Shown here: piece by piece, positions 57,302 through 64,000 of the stretch
Layout of the letters: every line of letters starts with the position of its first letter
Position numbering within the stretch: the stretch's first letter is position 1
From: Bacteroidota bacterium
GTDB taxonomy: Bacteria; Bacteroidota; Bacteroidia; NS11-12g; UBA955
DNA length: 64,000 nt
Direction of reading: 5' to 3'
Assembly (NCBI GenBank): GCA_947451105.1
Contig: CANFXY010000001.1
Coordinates: forward strand, 280-64,279
Notes under the pieces: model-generated
The model's input: only the letters and a program-made list of their open reading frames with translations
Databases searched by the model: none
What the model was told of the DNA's origin: nothing
Position numbers and translations under genes: made by a program

Positions 57302-58494
57302 TGAGAACGTCATTGTTTATAGCTGGTCGGTACCTCTTTTCAAAAAAGAAAAGAAATGCGATCAATATAATTTCAAGTATTGCGGTTTTGGCATTTGCCG
57401 TCTGCACCGCTGCTTTAATTGTAATTTTGAGTACAATGAACGGATTTGAATCATTGATTTTTTCAATGTACAATAAGTTTAATCCCGAAATTAAAATTAC
57501 GGTAAACGAGGGAAAAGTCTTTGAGCAAGAAAAAACCATTTTAAAGTTAAAAGCCATTAAAGGCATTAAGAACATCATGGCCGTTATGGAAGACAATGCG
57601 GCAATAAGGAATGGAGACTACCAAACTGTTTGCACCGTAAAGGGTGTTGATTCAACTTATTTTATCAAAAATGGATTAAATTCTATGGTGGTGGAAGGAG
57701 AGGGCATCGTCAAGCAAAATGGCTTTAATTTTATGGTTTTGGGTTCGGGTATCGATCAAAAGATTAATTGCAATATTGGAGGACCTTTTAGTTTGGTTTC
57801 TCTGATAACACCGCGCAGAGGAGATTTTAACGTCAATGACATTGAGGCCATTAAGTCAATGGAGATAGAACCCGCTGGTGTTTTAACACTCGACGAAACC
57901 ATTAGCAACCGCTACGTTTTTGTTCCAATTGAATTCGCTCAAGAACTTTTCGAAAGAGAACACCAAGTCTCTTCACTCGAAATTTCTTTGCATAAAAACG
58001 CCAATGTAGAATTGCTTATTAATGAAGTAAAAAAGGTTTTAGGAAATTCTTTTAAAGTTCAGAATAGACTGCAACAACAGGCTTCTCTCTATAAAATGTT
58101 CAAAAGTGAAAAATGGGCCAGCTATGCCATTTTAACTTTCATACTCCTAATCGCTGCATTTAATGCCTTAGGCAGCTTAACCATGTTGGTTATCGAAAAG
58201 AAGGATGACATCAGAACCTTAATGGGCATGGGGGCAAGACCGTCGCTCATACGTAATGTTTTTTTTAGCAATGGCTTTTTAATCTCTGCTATTGGAACTT
58301 TCTTTGGTCTTGTTTTTGGAATTGCCCTTGTAGTGGTTCAAGAAAAATATGGTTTGGTTAAAATGCAAGGTGCGATTGTTGAGAATTACCCGGTTAAGTT
58401 GCTGCTAAATGATGTTTTATTGGTGCTTGGTACAGCTTTGGGATTAGGTGTCTTAACCGGCATTTATCCCGCGGTAAAAGCCATGAAATCATAA
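57301..58494 (+). CDS. LolC/E-like (FtsX/MacB family) ABC permease
   Basis: IAGRYLFSKK, STMNGF, large periplasmic domain, IEKKDDI..L..MGA, YPV. Confidence 0.88.
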   Translation: MRTSLFIAGRYLFSKKKRNAINIISSIAVLAFAVCTAALIVILSTMNGFESLIFSMYNKFNPEIKITVNEGKVFEQEKTILKLKAIKGIKNIMAVMEDNAAIRNGDYQTVCTVKGVDSTYFIKNGLNSMVVEGEGIVKQNGFNFMVLGSGIDQKINCNIGGPFSLVSLITPRRGDFNVNDIEAIKSMEIEPAGVLTLDETISNRYVFVPIEFAQELFEREHQVSSLEISLHKNANVELLINEVKKVLGNSFKVQNRLQQQASLYKMFKSEKWASYAILTFILLIAAFNALGSLTMLVIEKKDDIRTLMGMGARPSLIRNVFFSNGFLISAIGTFFGLVFGIALVVVQEKYGLVKMQGAIVENYPVKLLLNDVLLVLGTALGLGVLTGIYPAVKAMKS

Positions 58495-58505
58495 GTTGTC
58501 TAAAT

Positions 58506-58532
58506 AAAAAAAGCCCCTTTTGGAGGGGCTTT
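58506..58532. terminator. Bidirectional terminator
   Basis: AAAGCCCCT-TTTGG-AGGGGCTTT between convergent genes. Confidence 0.85.
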
Positions 58533-58551
58533 GTATTGAAAAGTGATTTAC

Positions 58552-59187
58552 TTAATATTTAGGAACGTAGTTGTATTCTGACTTAATCTCAGCCAATGTT
58601 TTTTGTATAACTCTAACTTGCATCTTTTGATCTACAAACGGTCGGTCTTTTGAACTTCTTGCTTGCTTTACGATGCTGTCCGCATAGTCAATGCCTTTCA
58701 TTACATATCCAAAAACGGTATACTGATTGTCCAAACCCTTAGTCCCAGCTGTGCTTACACTAATGTAAAACTGAGAACCGCTAGACGCTCGGGTAGGATT
58801 AACAGCATCACCCATTCTTGCTGCAGCCAAAACACCTCTTTCGTGTTTTATACTGTCTCTGATTTCTGCAGGGATGGTATATCCTGGTCCGCCAGACCCG
58901 TCATTGTTAATGTCTGCATCTTTGCTGTTTGGATCGCCACCTTGGATCATGAAATTAGGAATAACTCTGTGAAATGTGGTGTTGTTGAAAAAACCATCTT
59001 TACTTAGTTTCAAGAAATTCTCCCTGTGCAATGGGGTTGCTTTGTATAACCAAATATACATATTGCCAAAAGGCGTTGTCATTTCAACCACATCTTCTGT
59101 TGGTATAATAGGTGCCTCTTCTTTTTTTGCTTTACAGGCGCTAAATACGATAGATGCGGCTATTAAAGAATAAAACAAATGCTTCAT
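58552..59187 (-). CDS. Cyclophilin-type peptidyl-prolyl isomerase (lipoprotein)
   Basis: Lipobox FSAC; FHRVI, MIQGGDP, AAAR, SSGSQFYI, YTVFG. Confidence 0.93.
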   Translation of the reverse strand: MKHLFYSLIAASIVFSACKAKKEEAPIIPTEDVVEMTTPFGNMYIWLYKATPLHRENFLKLSKDGFFNNTTFHRVIPNFMIQGGDPNSKDADINNDGSGGPGYTIPAEIRDSIKHERGVLAAARMGDAVNPTRASSGSQFYISVSTAGTKGLDNQYTVFGYVMKGIDYADSIVKQARSSKDRPFVDQKMQVRVIQKTLAEIKSEYNYVPKY

Positions 59188-59189
59188 AA

Positions 59190-59879
59190 CTATTTTCCTT
59201 TGGCTTCTGTTTTAGGTGCGTTGATGTGCTTCATGCTGATGATTTTAACCGGTGCATTTGGTCTGTCGTTCATTCCGGTTGGAACTGCAGCAATTTTGTC
59301 TACGATGTCCAAACCTTTAACCGTTTCTCCGAAGACAGTGTATTGACCATCTAAAAATGGAGTTGCTACATGACAAATGTAAAATTGAGAACCACTAGAT
59401 GCACGCTCAGGGTTTTCAGTTCTAGCCGCAGCCAATGAACCTTTGTTGTGTCTATACAATGGACTGATTTCCGCAGGAATCAAATAACCTGGTCCGCCCA
59501 TCCCGTCGTTAGAAGGGTCAGCATCTTTGCTTAAAGGGTCACCTGTTTGAATCATAAAGTTTCTTATAACACGGTGGAATAAAATGCCATTGTAGAAATT
59601 AGAGTTTACCAATTTTAAGAAGTTGTCATGGTGCAAAGGTGTTTCATTGTACAACACAACAACAATATCTCCCATGCTTGTTTTGATCAAAACAGAGTCT
59701 CTGTCTTTTTTAATGGTATCTGCAGGGGCAGCTTGCTCTGCTGGTTCCGGCGCCATTGCGCCAATACTAGAATCCGTATAGGTTTCTTCTTTTGCTGCAT
59801 CGCTGCTGTTGTTGCAAGTGGCAGTTGCCAATAATACGCTAAGGGCAGTAATGCCAATGTGGTTTAGTAAGTATTTCAT
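59190..59879 (-). CDS. Cyclophilin-type peptidyl-prolyl isomerase (probable lipoprotein)
   Basis: Hydrophobic N-terminus ending ATC; FHRVI, MIQTGDP, SSGSQFYI, LDGQYTVFG. Confidence 0.93.
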   Translation of the reverse strand: MKYLLNHIGITALSVLLATATCNNSSDAAKEETYTDSSIGAMAPEPAEQAAPADTIKKDRDSVLIKTSMGDIVVVLYNETPLHHDNFLKLVNSNFYNGILFHRVIRNFMIQTGDPLSKDADPSNDGMGGPGYLIPAEISPLYRHNKGSLAAARTENPERASSGSQFYICHVATPFLDGQYTVFGETVKGLDIVDKIAAVPTGMNDRPNAPVKIISMKHINAPKTEAKGK

Positions 59880-60232
59880 AAAATCTGTTCGTTGATAAAA
59901 TATTCAATGATGTGTTCGCGAATATAAGTTTCCTGTTCCAAAAGTGCCATATCTGGAAGTGGATTTTTTAGTTTCCAATGCGGCCATCCGTCGTCGTCGG
60001 TGCCTACCAATTCATAATGGTCTGAATAGCTTAGGATTTTGCAAGTTGCAATGTGCATGAGGGAAACTTTGTCATCTTTTTTGAAATTGCTTTCTTTTAA
60101 ATGGCCCAGCTCACGCATGCCAATGATAAACAATAAGGCATCAAGGTCAGGACGTTTACCAAATCTCTTTTCGATAAATGCAATAATGTCTTGCCAAATT
60201 TGTTTGCGGTCTAAGTCCGGTTTTTCTTCCAT
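59876..60232 (-). CDS. Hypothetical protein
   Basis: 118-aa ORF translationally coupled on both sides within the ruvX-def operon; DLDALLFIIG..ELG, LMHIA.C, GWPHW. Confidence 0.75.
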   Translation of the reverse strand: MEEKPDLDRKQIWQDIIAFIEKRFGKRPDLDALLFIIGMRELGHLKESNFKKDDKVSLMHIATCKILSYSDHYELVGTDDDGWPHWKLKNPLPDMALLEQETYIREHIIEYFINEQIL

Positions 60233-60783
60233 TATTTTTTAGGGAAACGCATTTTGTAACTGTGTTCAACTCTTCCAAGGCTGATGTTGTTTAATTTGCC
60301 TTTAATAAGATTTCTTTTAAGTGGAGAGATTTTATCTACAAACAATTTGCCTTCAATGTGGTCGTATTCATGCTGTATAATCCTTGCTGCCATCCCATCG
60401 TAGGTTTTTTCTTGTTCTTTGAAGTTCTCATCCATGTATTTGATGCGCAACTCAGGTTTGCGCGATACATTCTCATGTATGGTCGGGATGCTCAAACAAC
60501 CTTCTTCATATTTCCATTCTTCTCCCCATTCTTCTAAAATAACAGGGTTGATAAAAGTTTGTTTAAAACCTTCTGGCTTGATGCCTTCAATTGGAGAACC
60601 GTCGACGATGAACACTCTGATTGGCAAACCAATTTGTGGAGCGGCTAATCCAATTCCATGGCTATCGTACATGGTTTCGTACATGTTCTCTAATAATTCT
60701 TTTAAATTAGGGTACTCCAATTCAATGTCTGTACACTTTTTTCTAAGCACTGGGCTTCCGTAGGCGTATATCGGTAATATCAT
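60232..60783 (-). CDS. def: Peptide deformylase
   Basis: GIGLAAPQIG, EEGCLS, QHEYDH. Confidence 0.97.
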   Translation of the reverse strand: MILPIYAYGSPVLRKKCTDIELEYPNLKELLENMYETMYDSHGIGLAAPQIGLPIRVFIVDGSPIEGIKPEGFKQTFINPVILEEWGEEWKYEEGCLSIPTIHENVSRKPELRIKYMDENFKEQEKTYDGMAARIIQHEYDHIEGKLFVDKISPLKRNLIKGKLNNISLGRVEHSYKMRFPKK

Positions 60784-61190
60784 TTAATTTCCAAATAAAG
60801 CTGCAAAATTAATGCAGCGGCAACTGTATCTACAAGTTTTTTATTTTGTCTAGCTACTTTTTTGTAACCAGCATCGATTAGTGTTTGTTTTGCCATCCTG
60901 CTTGTTAAGCGTTCATCGATCATCACAATGGGCATTTCAGGGAACAATTCAATCAATTTTAACTTAAATGCCTCCACTAAAGGAGTCGCATCTGTATCAG
61001 AACCATCTAATCTTTTGGGCGCACCTAAAACAATTGTTTCAACTGGCTCCTTAGAGAAATAGTCTTTTAAAAACTCAAATATTTTTGGTGTGTCTATTGT
61101 TACCAAGGGTTGCGCAATGATTTGCATGGGATCAGTGACAGCAATCCCAACCCTTTTTTTTCCATAGTCTATAGCGAGAATTCTTCCCAT
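60780..61190 (-). CDS. ruvX: Holliday junction resolvase-like RuvX/YqgF
   Basis: LAIDYGKKRVGIA, DERLTS, VDTVAAALILQ. Confidence 0.95.
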   Translation of the reverse strand: MGRILAIDYGKKRVGIAVTDPMQIIAQPLVTIDTPKIFEFLKDYFSKEPVETIVLGAPKRLDGSDTDATPLVEAFKLKLIELFPEMPIVMIDERLTSRMAKQTLIDAGYKKVARQNKKLVDTVAAALILQLYLEIK

Positions 61191-61245
61191 TTTACATCCG
61201 CAAATTGCATTTTTAATTCAGTGATAAAAAAATTACTTTCGCACA

Positions 61246-62481
61246 ATGATGCATTTAGAAGAAGGGAGATATAAAATTGATGGTGTAGACGTACTTGATT
61301 TAATCAATCAATACGATTCTCCACTTTATGTTTACAGTGCGGAAACCATGAAAATGCAATACGAAAAGTTAAGCAAAGCTTTTCCTGGTGTAAAATTGGG
61401 TTTGCACTATGCATGTAAAGCATTAAGCAATGTCAATGTTTTAAAATACATGAAGCAGTTGGGCGCGGGACTTGATGCTGTATCTATTCAGGAAGTGTAT
61501 TTGGGCTTACACGCTGGTTTTAATCCTGAACACATTCTGTATACACCCAATGGGGTTGGTATGGAAGAAATTGAACTCACAGTTAAAGAGGGTGTGAAAA
61601 TTAACATCGACAACATTTCGATATTGGAGCAGTTTGGTGCCAAGTATGGCAACTCCGTCCCTGTATGTATTCGTGTTAATCCACACATTATGGCTGGTGG
61701 TAACACCAAAATATCTACAGGGCACATTGATTCTAAATTTGGTATTTCTTATTACCAATTGAGACATGTTACCCGTGTGGTAAAATTATACGACATCAAT
61801 GTTGAAGGTTTGCACATGCATACCGGAAGTGATATATTGGATGCAGAGGTATTTATCCGTGGTGCAGAATTGTTGTTTGAAGCAGCCCAAGATTTTAAAG
61901 ACCTAAAGTTTATGGACTTTGGTAGCGGTTTTAAAGTGGCATACAAAGAAGCTGATATTACGACCGACATCAACGATATAGGCGGAAAAATTGCAAGCAG
62001 GTTTAAAGAATTCTGCAAACAATATGGCCGAGAACTTGAACTTTGGTTTGAGCCTGGAAAATATTTAGTAAGTGAAGCAGGTTTCTTTTTTGTCAAAACC
62101 AATATCGTTAAACAAACCACAAGCACCATGTTTGCAGGAGTTGATAGTGGGTTAAACCATCTTATCCGTCCAATGTTGTACGATGCCTACCACAAAATAA
62201 CAAACATCAGTCACCCAACAGGCACCGAAAGAATTTATGCCGTAGTTGGATATATCTGCGAGACAGATACTTTTGGATGGGACCGTAAATTGAATGAGGT
62301 TAGGGAAGGTGATATTCTCGCTTTCCACAATGCAGGTGCATATGGTTTTAGTATGGCCAGCAACTACAATTCAAGATACAGACCAGCAGAGGTTTTAATC
62401 GTTAATGGAAAAGCTGAGCTTGTACGCAAAAGAGAGTCATTTGACGATTTGCTGCGCAATCAGGTTGAAATAGAGTTATAG
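61246..62481 (+). CDS. lysA: Diaminopimelate decarboxylase
   Basis: YACKA (PLP Lys), SKFG, HMHTGS, DFGSG, EPG, GYICETD, GAYG..MASNYN. Confidence 0.95.
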   Translation: MMHLEEGRYKIDGVDVLDLINQYDSPLYVYSAETMKMQYEKLSKAFPGVKLGLHYACKALSNVNVLKYMKQLGAGLDAVSIQEVYLGLHAGFNPEHILYTPNGVGMEEIELTVKEGVKINIDNISILEQFGAKYGNSVPVCIRVNPHIMAGGNTKISTGHIDSKFGISYYQLRHVTRVVKLYDINVEGLHMHTGSDILDAEVFIRGAELLFEAAQDFKDLKFMDFGSGFKVAYKEADITTDINDIGGKIASRFKEFCKQYGRELELWFEPGKYLVSEAGFFFVKTNIVKQTTSTMFAGVDSGLNHLIRPMLYDAYHKITNISHPTGTERIYAVVGYICETDTFGWDRKLNEVREGDILAFHNAGAYGFSMASNYNSRYRPAEVLIVNGKAELVRKRESFDDLLRNQVEIEL

Positions 62482-62546
62482 ATCTCTTTAGATTTAATCA
62501 CTTTTAGGCGGTTCAAAATTTCTTTCTATATTTGTTAAAGAATATT

Positions 62547-63839
62547 TTGAAAAGATTGGCTTTAATAGTTTTCATGTTTTTTGTTTTGACCCCAACTATT
62601 TTGTGGTCACAAGGCCAATTGGAATGTGGTTTTAACAACGATTTTTTTAGTCCGAGCTACAGTGCATGGTATCAAAAGGCTGTATTGGAATCAACAAAAA
62701 CAAATCAAAACAAACGGTGGACAGAAACCAGAGATACGGTTTTGACCATTCCTGTTGTCTTTCATTTTATTTACCCGCCGAACAATCCATCGGACAAATC
62801 GCTTATGGCGAAAATAATGGCTGAAATCAATGCGGACTTTTCACGCTTAAATTCAGATACCATCAATCTGAGATCAATATTTAAAAGCAGAGCAGCCAAC
62901 TCCAAAATTCGATTTGTATTGGTCGACAAAGACGAGAAAGGTCAGGCCAGCAGAGGTTACACGGTTCGTCTGAATATGCTAACGTTTGGCAAAGAACCGA
63001 GTCAGCCGTTCAGCGCCTCTCATAAAATGAAGTTTGATTCTTGTGGGGGAATAGCGCCTTGGAACACTAAAAAGTATTTAAACATTTGGGTATGTAATTT
63101 AATGTCTCCCCAATCGGGTAAAACCTATTATGCAGGTTTTGCTACCGTACCTAAGAATGCACCACATTGGTCGCCAATATATTATGCCGATAGTTTAATT
63201 GATGGCATTGTACTTGATAATTCGACCTATTCAAATTGGAACCGATCAAGCATATTAACCCACGAAATTGGTCATTATTTAGGATTGATGCATGTTTCAG
63301 GTGATCCCCCAGGAGGCTTTTTTGATAGTGCTTCGATGTGTACATACGATGATTCAATTTTTGATACACCAAGGGTTTTGCATCAAAACTATTACACCTG
63401 TGATAAATCTATAAATTCATGCATTGAGCCTGTGAATGATTTTCCAGATATGCTTGAAAACTTCATGGACTATACAGGCGACAATTGTCGAAATACGTTT
63501 ACCAAGCAACAAGCTTTTTTAATGCGGTATTGTCTGATTACCTTGAGGCCTGAATTGCCCATACTAGACATTAAATCTAAGACCAAATTAGCAGATTTCT
63601 CTGTTAATATCTACCCCAATCCAAACAATGGTATTCTTCACATTGATTTTAAAGATTCTTTCTCTAATAATTATTCATTTGTTATTTACGATTGTTTGGG
63701 TAGGAATGTTTTGCATTCAAATATTGTAAATCCTAATTCAGTTGTAAATATTGAGTCTTTGTCAAGTGGACTCTATGAATTAGCCATTCTGAGAGAGGAA
63801 TCTGAAGTAATTTTCAGGAAATCAATCTATAAAGATTGA
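62547..63839 (+). CDS. M43 (ulilysin/pappalysin-like) zinc metalloprotease with T9SS CTD
   Basis: IPVVFH, YLNIWV, HEIGHYLGLMH, ENFMDY (Met-turn), CTD IYPNP...YDCLG...GLY. TTG 62547 gives a clean signal peptide; TTG 62532 lies inside the TATATTTG promoter box. Confidence 0.9.
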   Translation: MKRLALIVFMFFVLTPTILWSQGQLECGFNNDFFSPSYSAWYQKAVLESTKTNQNKRWTETRDTVLTIPVVFHFIYPPNNPSDKSLMAKIMAEINADFSRLNSDTINLRSIFKSRAANSKIRFVLVDKDEKGQASRGYTVRLNMLTFGKEPSQPFSASHKMKFDSCGGIAPWNTKKYLNIWVCNLMSPQSGKTYYAGFATVPKNAPHWSPIYYADSLIDGIVLDNSTYSNWNRSSILTHEIGHYLGLMHVSGDPPGGFFDSASMCTYDDSIFDTPRVLHQNYYTCDKSINSCIEPVNDFPDMLENFMDYTGDNCRNTFTKQQAFLMRYCLITLRPELPILDIKSKTKLADFSVNIYPNPNNGILHIDFKDSFSNNYSFVIYDCLGRNVLHSNIVNPNSVVNIESLSSGLYELAILREESEVIFRKSIYKD

Positions 63840-64000
63840 GGCTTGCGGATAAACCTTCCTATTAGAATTAACAGCGTAATAAATAAAGCTGAATAGAAAG
63901 AAACTTTACCAATGATGTTTCCATATTGGGTGTAAAATGTTATTTTATCGTAGGGGTAAATGGTACATTTAAATGCGGTTCTCTCGTTGTATTTGGTTTG
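63827..64000 (-). CDS. lnt: 3' end of a probable apolipoprotein N-acyltransferase (truncated by window edge)
   Basis: Translates as QTKYNERTAFKCTIYPYDKITFYTQYGNIIGKVSFYSALFITLLILIGRFIRKPQSL*. TFY..YG plus a final TM helix is typical of the Lnt C-terminus. Not in the ORF track. Confidence 0.65.
   Translation of the reverse strand, partial: QTKYNERTAFKCTIYPYDKITFYTQYGNIIGKVSFYSALFITLLILIGRFIRKPQSL

Overview
Low-GC chromosomal window from a Bacteroidota bacterium, judged from the TAnnTTTG-type promoters, three T9SS C-terminal sorting domains and A-rich, SD-less start regions. From left to right it holds gyrB (5'-truncated), guaA, a periplasmic-binding-fold protein and an RsmB-like methyltransferase. 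Next is a ~20 kb Wzx/Wzy-type exopolysaccharide operon: wza, wzc, flippase, polymerase, about nine glycosyltransferase-like genes, DUF4254, an AsnB-like amidotransferase, WcaF, a CE4 deacetylase with a fascin-like tail and WcaI. It converges on a separately transcribed WcaJ-type priming transferase with a ~600-nt leader. Then come tRNA-Lys(UUU), ychF, glmM, an EEP nuclease-ppk1-OMP unit, a 1662-aa T9SS/PA14 protein, a umuD-umuC-SRAP cassette, an AI-2E transporter, a DEAD-box helicase, a DUF1800/DUF1501 pair, a beta-CASP nuclease, an ATL protein, a TlpA-like redoxin, pnuC, lysE, rbfA, a LolC/E-like permease, two cyclophilins, def, ruvX, lysA, an M43 protease and the 3' end of a probable lnt. 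No CRISPR array, rRNA, integrase or transposase was seen. The best candidates for undescribed biology are the long wcaJ leader (an upstream ORF plus a potentially bistable RNA fold), the uncharacterised modification genes of the EPS operon, and a DUF1501 protein that has both a Tat-like signal and a T9SS tail. All calls come from motif reading only; no searches were run.
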